Positions 9,531 through 19,581 of a stretch of DNA of 37,782 bases are shown here, piece after piece. The translations under genes and the position numbers were made by a program. Source of the DNA: Promethearchaeota archaeon (GTDB lineage Archaea; Asgardarchaeota; Lokiarchaeia; Sigyniarchaeales; SOKP01); contig JAGXNO010000037.1 of the NCBI GenBank assembly GCA_019894975.1, forward strand, positions 1-37,782, in the 5' to 3' direction. The notes under the pieces were generated by a model. It had not been told where the DNA came from. It did not search any database and was given only the letters and a program-made list of their open reading frames with translations. Each line of letters begins with the position of its first letter. Within the stretch, counting starts at the first letter, position 1.

Positions 9531-10043
9531 TTGAAAATTTTAGTAACTTATTATTCCCAAACAGGAAATACAGAAAAAGTTGCGAAGAGTATCTATGATG
9601 GATGCCAAGGGCAGGATGTAGAAATTTTACCTATTAAAGAAGTAGATCCTTCCAGTTTGGATAAATATGACTTAATGTTTTTAGGATCTGGTATTTATGC
9701 GAGTAGGGTAAATAAAGCACTCGCAGATTTAATAGCTGCGGCGCCCCAATTACCACCAAAGTTTGTATTTTTCAATACTCATGCAAGTAAAGTAGCCTAT
9801 CAAGATGGTTTTAAAGTGGTAAAAAAGAATATAAGTGAGTCTTCAGAAATAATTGCCGAATTTGATTGTTGTGGTGATAATATTGGAGTACCAGAAGCAA
9901 TGCAAAAATCTATGTTAGAAAGATTACCTGAAGATAAAAGAAAAGAAGCAGAAGCACATCAAATATGGCTTAAAGGAAGACCAAATGAAGAAGATCTTGA
10001 GAATGCTAAAAAATTTGCTGAATCAATAATAAAAAAGCTCTAA
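9531..10043 (+). CDS. Flavodoxin family protein
   Basis: YYSQTGNTEKVA phosphate-binding loop; C-terminal GRPNEEDLENAKKFA; AGGTGA SD precedes TTG at 9531. Confidence 0.88.
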   Translation: MKILVTYYSQTGNTEKVAKSIYDGCQGQDVEILPIKEVDPSSLDKYDLMFLGSGIYASRVNKALADLIAAAPQLPPKFVFFNTHASKVAYQDGFKVVKKNISESSEIIAEFDCCGDNIGVPEAMQKSMLERLPEDKRKEAEAHQIWLKGRPNEEDLENAKKFAESIIKKL

Positions 10044-10178
10044 ATTTAACATATATAATTTATAATCTCCATTTTATTTTTAAAATAAATCCTCAAAGAA
10101 TAGTCTAAGATTTATTTATATACTAATGAGTATAACTCATTCATAACTTTTGTAAAATAACCATAAAATTTGAGAAAA

Positions 10179-11270
10179 ATGAGAAAAAACTTAAAAATAG
10201 CATTATTGATAGCATCGATTGTTATTGTTGGGGGAGGAGGTATATTTGGGATAATAGTTGCGGTCACTTGGGGTGAATATAAATATACGGATACATATTA
10301 TTATGATCCTCAACTGCCACCTTCAGGTATAGAAGAAGTGAGCTTTAGCAGTGATATAGGAGGTATAGTTATAAATTACAATACAACTCCCACTAACAAT
10401 TATGTTAAGATAGACTTGGATATTAAACTAAAGGGAGCATTTGTAAATGGTAAATCCTTTTCAGATTTCTTTAGACCAATAATATGGATAAATGACAGTA
10501 TTTCCACTACAACTTTCTCACTTGAAAAAAAGCCTTCCACCTGGTTTTTATTCCCTCTGATACAAAAAATCAATATATCTATAACTCTTAGAACTGATAT
10601 TATATATGATATTTCAGCATTAACTAGTACAGGTTCGGTTGAGATGAATATAGCTGAAAATGTTATTCTTAATAGCACCAATTTAGCGACATCCACAGGT
10701 TCTGTATATGTTCAAGCTGAGAATAACAGTATTCTCTTTGGTGATTTGGATTTAAGAGTAAGTACGGGAAGTATTAATTTATTTGCTAAAGGAGTCAATT
10801 TTTCCTATGGTTTTAAAGCAGTAACCTCTACAGGATCATTGAATTTGAATCTTACTAACTGCATTATAGGAGAAGATATCAAAGGAAAAGCTTCAACGGG
10901 AGGTATTACTTTAAAAAGTTATAATGTACAATACGATAAGAACTGCGTGTGGGATATTGAGACAAATACAGGTAGCATTGATATAGAAATATCTCAATTT
11001 ATTGAGATGGGTGCAGATATCACAGGAACTATAGAAACTTCAACGGGAAGTATTGATTTAGTTTATATAGATAATCAAGCAAGTGTAGGGGCGAGCTTTT
11101 TAGGGAGTTGGTCGACAGGGAGTTATACTCGTTCTAGTAGTGGAGGGGGATTTGTAGCTACAAATATAAATCCGTTTGCTTCACTAGATTATGGCACCGC
11201 ATCAAGTACATATACTTTAGATTTAACAGTAAGTACTGGAAGTATCGATGTTGATGGCACCAGTTCATAA
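10179..11270 (+). CDS. Membrane-anchored DUF4097-like beta-solenoid (putative adhesin-like) protein
   Basis: N-terminal TM helix; repeated (T/S)STGS(I/V)xL motifs. Confidence 0.75.
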   Translation: MRKNLKIALLIASIVIVGGGGIFGIIVAVTWGEYKYTDTYYYDPQLPPSGIEEVSFSSDIGGIVINYNTTPTNNYVKIDLDIKLKGAFVNGKSFSDFFRPIIWINDSISTTTFSLEKKPSTWFLFPLIQKINISITLRTDIIYDISALTSTGSVEMNIAENVILNSTNLATSTGSVYVQAENNSILFGDLDLRVSTGSINLFAKGVNFSYGFKAVTSTGSLNLNLTNCIIGEDIKGKASTGGITLKSYNVQYDKNCVWDIETNTGSIDIEISQFIEMGADITGTIETSTGSIDLVYIDNQASVGASFLGSWSTGSYTRSSSGGGFVATNINPFASLDYGTASSTYTLDLTVSTGSIDVDGTSS

Positions 11271-11322
11271 TATTAAAAAAATATTAAAATTTTTTTTATT
11301 TTATTTCTACAATATAGTAATG

Positions 11323-12684
11323 CTATCTTGTCTTCAAAATCGTCATTTGAGCCAAAAATAATTTTCTAAAAACCTTTCTTATAAAACGAATTCTAAATAA
11401 AATTCTGATAGTCCTTAACATTAAGAATCTTTTTGGTTTAAAAGTGCTCTTAGTCTTATCATAACTAATTTGCTTTATAAAAAAGTTCTTTTGTAAGATT
11501 GAAATTATCAATTGATATGTTATTATAGCAATTATATCCCAAGCCCGTTTTATGTGAATCTCAGGATATTCTAATTGTTCTCCCATAGCCATTCTAACAA
11601 TCTCAATTATGTGGTAAAGATCAATTTTGCTTCCTATAAGTTCCCGAATCGCCCACAATAAATAAATACACCCTCCACAGTAGGAAACTAAAGCATCAGC
11701 ACCAGTTTCTTCAGCTTCCTTAAACTTTTTACTTCCTTCTGATATGATGTCAAAAGGGATTGATAAATTTCTTACCCAAGATGCTCCTGCGCCAAAACCA
11801 CAACAAAGAGAATCTTTTTTGATATGCTCCATTTCCTTTATCTCACAACCACAAATTTCCAAGATTTTTCTGGGTGGATCCCAGTACTTTCCTCCTGAAG
11901 CTTTCGAATAGCAATTATCATGAACAGTAGTGCTAAACTTTAATTTGTCTACAATCGGAATTTTTCCAGTTTCTAGACTATTTAACATCCAATCATTAAA
12001 ATTAATAAATTTCTGTTCATGGTTAACTTTCATTTCTGTTGGGTGAACTTCTGAAAAGATATATTGGACAGCATCTAAAGTATGGGCAACGTTTTTAACT
12101 CCCCAGTTTTCAAAATCATTTCTACACTTCTTAGCAATTTTCTGAACGATATCAAGATACCCTCCTTGGTATAAATAAGCACCTCCTTCCCAATGGTCAA
12201 TTAAATCAATTGGTTTAAAATAGTCTAATAGTTTACTCCCCCCTATTATGAAAGGAAATAAATGTGTGTAATTTCCAATTACTAAAAGATCATCATCTTT
12301 TTGTGGAGTATAACTCATCCACTCAGAAATCCACATTTGTTCTTTATCAGAGAGAAAAATGTTAAGTAATTGCCAAATATTGGGTGTTTCCGTAGGACAT
12401 ACAAATTTATAAAGTGGAGGGGCTCCTTGTTTTTTATAAAGGGAGTTCCATCGTTCAAGAATAAGTTGATAGGGGTTGGCATTTTGAGGACAATAAAAGT
12501 TACATGAGAAACAGGTATTGCATTTTGAAAGAACGTATTTAGATTCTTCTCCTTCAATTAAGGCTTTAAATTCTTCTTTCGCTAAATCTAGGGGCAATTT
12601 TAAAACAGGGCACAGGTGTAGACATTCACCACATAAATTACACAATTCTTTTCTGAAACCAGATATTCTATTAGTAGATACCAT
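11323..12684 (-). CDS. Fe-S oxidoreductase, HdrD/GlpC-like (2x[4Fe-4S] plus CCG domains; first CCG domain lacks Cys)
   Basis: CNLCGECLHLCP, CNTCFSCNFYCP and HDNCY..CCGFG..YCGGC. Confidence 0.88.
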   Translation of the reverse strand: MVSTNRISGFRKELCNLCGECLHLCPVLKLPLDLAKEEFKALIEGEESKYVLSKCNTCFSCNFYCPQNANPYQLILERWNSLYKKQGAPPLYKFVCPTETPNIWQLLNIFLSDKEQMWISEWMSYTPQKDDDLLVIGNYTHLFPFIIGGSKLLDYFKPIDLIDHWEGGAYLYQGGYLDIVQKIAKKCRNDFENWGVKNVAHTLDAVQYIFSEVHPTEMKVNHEQKFINFNDWMLNSLETGKIPIVDKLKFSTTVHDNCYSKASGGKYWDPPRKILEICGCEIKEMEHIKKDSLCCGFGAGASWVRNLSIPFDIISEGSKKFKEAEETGADALVSYCGGCIYLLWAIRELIGSKIDLYHIIEIVRMAMGEQLEYPEIHIKRAWDIIAIITYQLIISILQKNFFIKQISYDKTKSTFKPKRFLMLRTIRILFRIRFIRKVFRKLFLAQMTILKTR

Positions 12685-12686
12685 AT

Positions 12687-13958
12687 TTACCAAGCATCTC
12701 CATAAGATGGTGGGTCTTCAGCAATTTCGGCTATTTTAAATGTTTTTTTAGAAAAAATGTGGGGAACCTGTTTCCGTAGTGTTCCCCAGAAGAAGTGCTT
12801 TGCTCGTTTTTTTTTTGCTTTTTGTGTGAAGGAAGGCTTTTCACCAATTGCCATTTGCAATAATTCAACGATATGATAGATTCTTATTTTTTTTGCATAT
12901 AGTTTTTTATTTGCTGTAAATGTTGCTAAACATCCCGCACAATAAACGCACACAGTTTTAATTTTTGATTTTCTAAATTCTTTAAAATTTCTTAAAGCAG
13001 CTGATCTTATTTTAAATGGTTGATAAGATGAATCCACAGAAAAGCCCGCTCCTATACCACAACACCGCATATTTTCCCTACATGCTTCTATTTCTATTAC
13101 TTTTACACCAATCATATCAAGGATTTTCCGGGGTAAATCCATATAATCATCTCCAAACATTTTAGAATAGCATGAATCTTGTATTGCTACAGACAAGTTC
13201 AGCTTGTTTTTTATTTCAATTTTCCCGTTTTTGAGTTCATCCCATAAGTATTCAATATAAGATTTAATCTCTTCAAATTTATATGTAAGACCATAATGTG
13301 GAAGTACATTTTTAAATACAGCTGTACCTGCAGTGCACAAAACTAATAGTTTCTTAGGGTTTAATGTTTCGAACCATTTATTCAATCTTTTAGTAACTTG
13401 AAACAATTCATCACGATAGCCTGTTCGAAATAATGTTTCCCCACAACAATATTCCAAACGACCTCTTATATCTAAATCTTTAAAAAAACTTGCTTGTGAT
13501 AATTCAGCAAAAGTGATTATATTGCAACCAGGATAGGTTAGAGTATCATCTTTTAATGGTTTTAATGATGCCCATGAAGATACTAAATCTCTTGTTTTCT
13601 TTGGAAGATGTTCCATAACATGAGATCGAAAGTTCGGATAATGAGGATGTAAAGTCATATAATACGTTCCCCTCTTCCTCAAACCTTCACTTTTGTATTG
13701 ATCATTCCACCTTTGCAAAATTAAACTCGTGGGATGAGCTTCCTCAGGACAATAAAAATTACATGAAAAACAACTTTGGCATTCCGTTAAAACTCTTTTG
13801 GTTTTCTCTCCCGCCAGCAATCGTTTCATTTCTTTGATCGATTCATCTTTAGAAAGATTTAGAACAGGGCATCTGTAAAAACAATCCCCACATAAAGTAC
13901 AAGCTTCTTTCTTAAAGGGAGCGAAAAATTCTATCCCAATAGGTACTAGTTTAGTCAT
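12687..13958 (-). CDS. Fe-S oxidoreductase, HdrD/GlpC-like (2x[4Fe-4S] plus two CCG domains)
   Basis: CTLCGDCFYRCP, CQSCFSCNFYCP, YPGC..YCCGE..LCTAG and QDSCY..CCGIG..YCAGC. Confidence 0.88.
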   Translation of the reverse strand: MTKLVPIGIEFFAPFKKEACTLCGDCFYRCPVLNLSKDESIKEMKRLLAGEKTKRVLTECQSCFSCNFYCPEEAHPTSLILQRWNDQYKSEGLRKRGTYYMTLHPHYPNFRSHVMEHLPKKTRDLVSSWASLKPLKDDTLTYPGCNIITFAELSQASFFKDLDIRGRLEYCCGETLFRTGYRDELFQVTKRLNKWFETLNPKKLLVLCTAGTAVFKNVLPHYGLTYKFEEIKSYIEYLWDELKNGKIEIKNKLNLSVAIQDSCYSKMFGDDYMDLPRKILDMIGVKVIEIEACRENMRCCGIGAGFSVDSSYQPFKIRSAALRNFKEFRKSKIKTVCVYCAGCLATFTANKKLYAKKIRIYHIVELLQMAIGEKPSFTQKAKKKRAKHFFWGTLRKQVPHIFSKKTFKIAEIAEDPPSYGDAW

Positions 13959-13994
13959 ATTTTAAACAACAATGTTAAATTATAAGGAAAAAAA

Positions 13995-15245
13995 TTACGG
14001 AAAAATTCCTCTTAAATCGTAAGCTCTTGCAATCCTTGATACTGCAATGATGTATGCCGCTGTACGAAGTGGTACATTTCTCTCTTTATATATTTTAAAT
14101 ACATCCTCAAAAGCTTCGATTATGATTCTTTTTAACTCTTCATTAATTCTATCTAAATCCCAAAAGTATGATTGAATGTCTTGAACGTATTCAAAATATG
14201 AAACACAGACACCTCCAGCATTTGCTAAAATGTCTGGAATAACATGTATTCCTTTTTCAAATAATATTCGATCTGCTTCAGGGGTAGTAGGGCCATTAGC
14301 ACCTTCTAAAATAATTTTGCAATTAATGTCTTCCACATTTTCCCTTGTAATCTGATTTTCAAGAGCAGCAGGCACTAAAATATCGCACTCTGTAGCCAGC
14401 AATTCTGCATTGGTAATTAATTTATTCCTATCATCCTTATAATCCTTTAAGTATTTACCTTGTTGGGTCCACTCTAATAATTTGTCAATTTCTAATCCTT
14501 CAGAATTATAAAGTCCTCCTGATATATCTGAAATCGCTAGTATTTTACAACCCCTTTCATATAACAAGCTTGCAATCCAACCACCGACATTACCAAATCC
14601 TTGAACTACAATAGATTGAGTTTCTAATTTCTTATTTAACTTTTCGCACATCTTATCAATTACAAAATATAAGCCCATCCCTGTAGCCGAATTTCTTCCC
14701 ACTGATCCCCCAATTTCAATTGGTTTTCCTGTAACAACTCCTGGTACAGCCCTTCCCTTTTGCATGCTGTATGTATCCATGATCCAAGCCATGATCTGAG
14801 CATTAGTATTTACATCTGGTGCTGGGATATCAATATCTGGTCCTATTATATTTATTATTTCCGTAGTAAATCTTCTTGTAAGTTTTTCTAATTCCTTTCT
14901 TGATAACTCTCGTGGATTCACACATATCCCACCCTTAGCTCCTCCTAAGGGTAATTTTAAAAGGCTACACTTCCAAGTCATCCATGTAGCTAATGCTTTT
15001 ATCTCATCGAGATTCACATCTGGAGAAAATCTTAAACCCCCTTTTCCAGGTCCTCGTACTGTAGAATGATGTACCCGATATCCTTCAAAAATTTGAAGTG
15101 ACCCATCATCCATGATAATAGGAATGCTAACGATCAAAGCTCTTTCAATTCTTTTAAGATATCGTGTTATATTGGCATCCAATCCCATCTCTTCTGCTAC
15201 AATATCAATTTGTTTCTTAGCCATTTCAAATGGATTTAAATCCAT
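13995..15245 (-). CDS. gdhA: Glutamate dehydrogenase (Glu/Leu/Phe/Val family)
   Basis: GPGKGG, TWKC, GGAKGG, PAPDVNT, GRNSATG, GFGNVG, EGANGP and PDILANAGGV. Confidence 0.95.
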   Translation of the reverse strand: MDLNPFEMAKKQIDIVAEEMGLDANITRYLKRIERALIVSIPIIMDDGSLQIFEGYRVHHSTVRGPGKGGLRFSPDVNLDEIKALATWMTWKCSLLKLPLGGAKGGICVNPRELSRKELEKLTRRFTTEIINIIGPDIDIPAPDVNTNAQIMAWIMDTYSMQKGRAVPGVVTGKPIEIGGSVGRNSATGMGLYFVIDKMCEKLNKKLETQSIVVQGFGNVGGWIASLLYERGCKILAISDISGGLYNSEGLEIDKLLEWTQQGKYLKDYKDDRNKLITNAELLATECDILVPAALENQITRENVEDINCKIILEGANGPTTPEADRILFEKGIHVIPDILANAGGVCVSYFEYVQDIQSYFWDLDRINEELKRIIIEAFEDVFKIYKERNVPLRTAAYIIAVSRIARAYDLRGIFP

Positions 15246-15276
15246 ATTTTCTCACCTCTTATTTTAAATGTATAAC

Positions 15277-16530
15277 TCATGGAAACAACCCCCGTAGTTC
15301 ATGTGCTCTGGCTAATCTCTCTGCTCCGATAGCATAAGCGGCTGTTCGATACGATATTGATTTTCCGTCAGATAAATTTATTACAGATTCAAAAGCTCTA
15401 AGTAAAATTCTTTTCATCTCACTATTAACTCTTTCTAGATTCCAAAAATATGATTGAATATCTTGAATATACTCAAAGTAGGAGACACATAAACCTCCAG
15501 CATTAGCAAGGATGTCTGGGATTACTAATATTCCTTTTTCATTTAGTATGGTATCTGCTTGTGAAGTAGTTGGACTATTGGCTCCTTCTAATATTATTTT
15601 GCAGTCAATATCACCGGCATTACCACTAAAGATCTGATTCTCTGTAGCTGCGGGGACTAAAATATCGCATGGTGTCCTAAACAGTTCTTCATTCGTAATG
15701 ATACCAACATCTTCATCCTTATAATTCTTTAATAAGTTCCCCTGTTGTTTCCAACTAATCATTTTATTGATATTTAGACCTTTATTTGAAAAAACTCCGC
15801 CCACTGAATCCGTTATTGCAATTATTTTACAGCCAACACTACTTAAAATTTGGGCAACTACACTCCCAACTTTACCAAATCCTTGAATTGCGATGGTACT
15901 TGATGTTAAATTGAAATTTTGCCTTTCACATAAAGATTGTAGAATATAATACATACCGGTTCCAGGTGCGTCTGTACGCCCAACTGTTCCCCCTATTTCT
16001 ATTGGTTTCCCAGTTACTACTCCAGGGATAGATCTACCTTTATTCATTGAATATGTATCCATGATCCAGGCCATTTCCTGTTCTCCAGTATTCATATCTG
16101 GAGCCAAGATATCAATATCTGGTCCAATCATATTTAATATTTCGGATGTATATCTTCTGGTTAATTTTCTCAACTCATCTTGTGATAACTTTTTTGGATC
16201 TACTCGAATTCCTCCTTTCGACCCTCCCAGAGGTAATCCTAAAAGGCTGGTCTTAAAAGTCATTAAAAATGCAAGTGCTTTAATTTCATCTAAGGAAACA
16301 AGGGGAGAGTATCTCAAACCTCCCTTAGCGGGACCACGTAATGTCGAATGATGAACTCTAAAACCTTCGAAAATTTCTAGCCTACCATCATCCATTACTA
16401 CGGGCATAGAGACTATTAAAGAACGCTCTACTTTCTTTAAATATTCAAGAGTGTTCGGTGCTAAGCCAATGACTTTCGCTGCGATATCAAGTTTCTTCTT
16501 AGCGCTTTCAAAAGGATTAATATTTCTCAA
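15277..16530 (-). CDS. Glutamate dehydrogenase paralog (more divergent)
   Basis: GPAKGG, TFKT, GGSKGG, APDMNT, GFGKVG and EGANSP; TTG start. Confidence 0.92.
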   Translation of the reverse strand: MRNINPFESAKKKLDIAAKVIGLAPNTLEYLKKVERSLIVSMPVVMDDGRLEIFEGFRVHHSTLRGPAKGGLRYSPLVSLDEIKALAFLMTFKTSLLGLPLGGSKGGIRVDPKKLSQDELRKLTRRYTSEILNMIGPDIDILAPDMNTGEQEMAWIMDTYSMNKGRSIPGVVTGKPIEIGGTVGRTDAPGTGMYYILQSLCERQNFNLTSSTIAIQGFGKVGSVVAQILSSVGCKIIAITDSVGGVFSNKGLNINKMISWKQQGNLLKNYKDEDVGIITNEELFRTPCDILVPAATENQIFSGNAGDIDCKIILEGANSPTTSQADTILNEKGILVIPDILANAGGLCVSYFEYIQDIQSYFWNLERVNSEMKRILLRAFESVINLSDGKSISYRTAAYAIGAERLARAHELRGLFP

Positions 16531-16679
16531 ATTAGTTTACCTTGAAATTATAATTTAGAATTTAACTAATTATTATATCTGTAGAATGTAATTTTTTTTA
16601 AAAATTAAACTATAAAGAAAATCTTAAAAGATATAGAGCTTTAGATTTTTATAAATTTTACAAGAAGAATCGAAATACA

Positions 16680-17954
16680 ATGAATTCAGAATTTGAGAAA
16701 AATTTAAATAAATATGTTGATGTAATATTAAAGGTTGGCCTTAATTTACAACAAGGACAGCGCCTCCTAATTGGTGTAGATAATCCTGTTAATTCCGGAA
16801 CTCCTGTCGAATTAGCCCCATTTATACAATTAATTGTGAAAAAAGCTTACCAGATGGGAGCAAAGTTTGTAGAAGTGCTGTGGAGTGATCCTCAACTAGA
16901 CCTAATTAGATATCAATATGCTCCCAAAGATTCGTTTGAAGAAGTTTCAATATGGCGTAAGGAAGCAGCTTTAGAATATGCTACTAAGAGTGATGCAATT
17001 TTAGCTATTGCCGCTCAAGACCCTGAAATATTTAGTGATCAAGATCCTGCACTATTAATGACTCAGGCTCAAGCTAAATCAATTCTTTATAGACCTTTCA
17101 TGCAGTTACTCATTAAAAATAATATGAATTGGTTGGCGGTTTCGGCCCCAGTTAATGGCTGGGCAGAAAAGGTTTTCGCTGAACCTTCTTCAGATAAAAT
17201 TAAAGCAAAACTATGGGATAAGATATTTCAAATTTGTCGTATTGACCAAGAAGATCCAATTTTAGCGTGGGATAATCATATAAAAAATCTTCAAGCTAGA
17301 TGTGATTATTTAAATGAAAAACAATACGAAGCACTAAATATAAAAAGTCCTGGAACAGACTTGACAATAGGTCTAGCTAGGAACCACGTTTGGGTGGGAG
17401 GAAATACTAAAAGTCAGAATGGAATAACTTTTGTTCCAAATTTACCAACTGAAGAGATTTTTACTATCCCTGATAAAAATAAAGTACACGGAACTGTAAG
17501 AGCAACCAAGCCACTATTTATTAATGGTGCCCTTATTGAGGATTTTTCATTTACATTTTCAAATGGAAAAGTCATAGAATATGACGCAAGCAAGGGTAAA
17601 GAAGTTCTTGATAATTTGTTAAATTATGATGAAGGTGCTAAATATTTAGGTGAAATAGCTCTAGTGCCACATAGTTCCCCTATATCTCAAACCGGATTGC
17701 TTTTTTATAACATATTAATAGATGAAAATGCCTCCATTCATATTGCTTTGGGTTCTGGATATAAATTTAGTATAGAGAATGGAGAAGAAATGTCTGATGA
17801 TGACTTTATCAAAGCTGGAGGAAATAATAGCATGCTTCATATGGATTTTATGATAGGTTCTAAGGAAACCAATGTTGATGGAATCCAAGAAGATGGAACT
17901 GTTGAGCCAATTATGAGAAATGGGGAATGGGTTTTTAACGTCTCTTCAAAATAA
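16680..17954 (+). CDS. Aminopeptidase, peptidase M29 family (AmpS/AmpT)
   Basis: PNLPTEEIF, LGEIALV, DENASIHIALGSGY and HMDFMIG. Confidence 0.93.
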   Translation: MNSEFEKNLNKYVDVILKVGLNLQQGQRLLIGVDNPVNSGTPVELAPFIQLIVKKAYQMGAKFVEVLWSDPQLDLIRYQYAPKDSFEEVSIWRKEAALEYATKSDAILAIAAQDPEIFSDQDPALLMTQAQAKSILYRPFMQLLIKNNMNWLAVSAPVNGWAEKVFAEPSSDKIKAKLWDKIFQICRIDQEDPILAWDNHIKNLQARCDYLNEKQYEALNIKSPGTDLTIGLARNHVWVGGNTKSQNGITFVPNLPTEEIFTIPDKNKVHGTVRATKPLFINGALIEDFSFTFSNGKVIEYDASKGKEVLDNLLNYDEGAKYLGEIALVPHSSPISQTGLLFYNILIDENASIHIALGSGYKFSIENGEEMSDDDFIKAGGNNSMLHMDFMIGSKETNVDGIQEDGTVEPIMRNGEWVFNVSSK

Positions 17955-17974
17955 GTTAAACTTTTTTTTTTATT

Positions 17975-19012
17975 TTATAGGTTTACAAGACAATATTGCA
18001 CAAACTTCAAGGGATCATTAGCACATCCTCCTGAATCAAGACCTCCCAATTGCTCGATAATCTTTTGAGGGATGGCATTATCTACAATCCATAAATCTTT
18101 TAAATTGGTTAATGATTCTAATCCTTTTATCTGAATTATTTGATTTTGATTTAGATCAAGCGTTTCTAATTTTGTTAGCGGTTCTAATCCTTTAATTTCA
18201 CCAATACTATTTTCAGATAGAAATAAGTTCTCTAAATTTGTTAGTGAATATAATCCTTTAATATGGTTTATTTTATTTTGTTTTAAATTCAGGATTTTCA
18301 AATTATTGCAATGATCCAACCCTTTAATTTCTGATATCTGATTTGAATTTAACCAGAGAGTTTCTAAATGTTCCAGAGCATCAAGATTCTTTATTTCTTG
18401 AATTGAATTATTGTTTAGATAAAGACTTTTTAAGTTTTTTAGGTTTTCAGATCCTTCGATACTTGATATCTGATTACCAGCAATGTTCAATACTTCTAAA
18501 TTCTTTTGATTATCTAAGTTTTCTATTTTCTGTAATTGATTCCCCGCAATCCACAATACTTCAAGTTTATCTAATTTATCAAGTCCTTGGATTTTTGAAA
18601 TATTATTCCAGGATAAATCTAATCGTTGTAGTGAAGTGAGATTTTCTAAACCTTTTAATTCTTCAATCTGGTTCCCTCTAAGATATAATTCTTTCAGATT
18701 AGTTAATTTATCTAGACCTTTGATTTCCTTTATTTGGTTACTGATTAAATGTAGGATTTCAAGATTCTGTAGGTTATCTAATCCTTTTATCTCCCTTATA
18801 TCATTGCTCCCAAGATTTAAGATCTCAAGTTCATTTAGAGCATCAAGCCCTCTCATAATAATTATTTCATTAGAACTAAGTTCTAAATGTTTCAAACCAT
18901 CGATTTTATCCAACCCTATAATTTCCTCAATATCTCTGATTTCTAAAAGTCCTAAATCTAAAAATCCATTGTTTACTTCAAATTTACTTCCTGCCCATTC
19001 CACAGATTTCAT
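17975..19012 (-). CDS. Leucine-rich repeat protein (SDS22-like 22-aa repeats)
   Basis: About 12 tandem LxxLxLxxNxIxxIxGLxxL repeats; C-terminal cap PLKFVQYC. Confidence 0.92.
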   Translation of the reverse strand: MKSVEWAGSKFEVNNGFLDLGLLEIRDIEEIIGLDKIDGLKHLELSSNEIIIMRGLDALNELEILNLGSNDIREIKGLDNLQNLEILHLISNQIKEIKGLDKLTNLKELYLRGNQIEELKGLENLTSLQRLDLSWNNISKIQGLDKLDKLEVLWIAGNQLQKIENLDNQKNLEVLNIAGNQISSIEGSENLKNLKSLYLNNNSIQEIKNLDALEHLETLWLNSNQISEIKGLDHCNNLKILNLKQNKINHIKGLYSLTNLENLFLSENSIGEIKGLEPLTKLETLDLNQNQIIQIKGLESLTNLKDLWIVDNAIPQKIIEQLGGLDSGGCANDPLKFVQYCLVNL

Positions 19013-19204
19013 TAGAATCGCTTTAAATTATGAAATTAAATATTAGAAACTTGTAATTTCATTATTTAGATATAAAATAATTATACAAGACTTTTAATTT
19101 ATTTATTTTCTTTATGAAAAACTTATCAAATGTTTAAATGAACTTTGAAAATATTCTATTCAATAAAAAGAACTTATTAAAACCTTATTCAGGTTCGTTA
19201 TTAT

Positions 19205-19357
19205 ATGAATGCAATAGTTTGTAAGGAATGTGGATATTCATTTGAAAATAAAGAACCGGGAAAATATTTTTGTCCTAATTGCTCTAAAGAAATGAAGTTT
19301 ATCAAGTTTGAAGCTTTTTGTGGGGCTAAACCAAATGAACTTCATGAGATAAATTAA
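19205..19357 (+). CDS. Small zinc-ribbon protein (50 aa), not in the ORF track
   Basis: MNAIVCKECGYSFENKEPGKYFCPNCSKEMKFIKFEAFCGAKPNELHEIN with CxxC..CPxC; supported by a tandem homolog. Confidence 0.8.
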   Translation: MNAIVCKECGYSFENKEPGKYFCPNCSKEMKFIKFEAFCGAKPNELHEIN

Positions 19358-19384
19358 ATAATAATCCTTATTTATCTTTATTAT

Positions 19385-19543
19385 ATGGGTTTATTTTACG
19401 CTGTTGATAAGGAATGCGGTTATAGTTTTAAGAATAGAGAACCCGGTATCTAATTCTGCCCTAACTGCAATAAAGAGAAGAAATTCTTAAAGCTTGAGTT
19501 ATACGATGGAGTTAAACCTTCAGAGATTCATGAAAACGATTAA
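19385..19543 (+). pseudogene. Tandem zinc-ribbon paralog with an internal TAA at 19451-19453
   Basis: MGLFYAVDKECGYSFKNREPGI*FCPNCNKEKKFLKLELYDGVKPSEIHEND; colinear with 19205..19357 on both sides of the stop. Confidence 0.75.
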
Positions 19544-19581
19544 AAGTTAAAGATTTAAGTTTCCATGGTTTCTTACTTTTT

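Noticed and set aside
18050-18950. 66-nt periodicity as a CRISPR or DNA repeat array
   Set aside because: Explained by protein-level LRR repeats; no identical repeats with spacers
18343-19046. Plus-strand ORFs 18343..18639 and 18636..19046
   Set aside because: Antisense to the LRR gene; periodicity is inherited from the repeats
19451-19453. Stop-codon recoding in the second zinc-ribbon gene
   Set aside because: TAA is the main true stop throughout the window; a single nonsense change or read error is simpler
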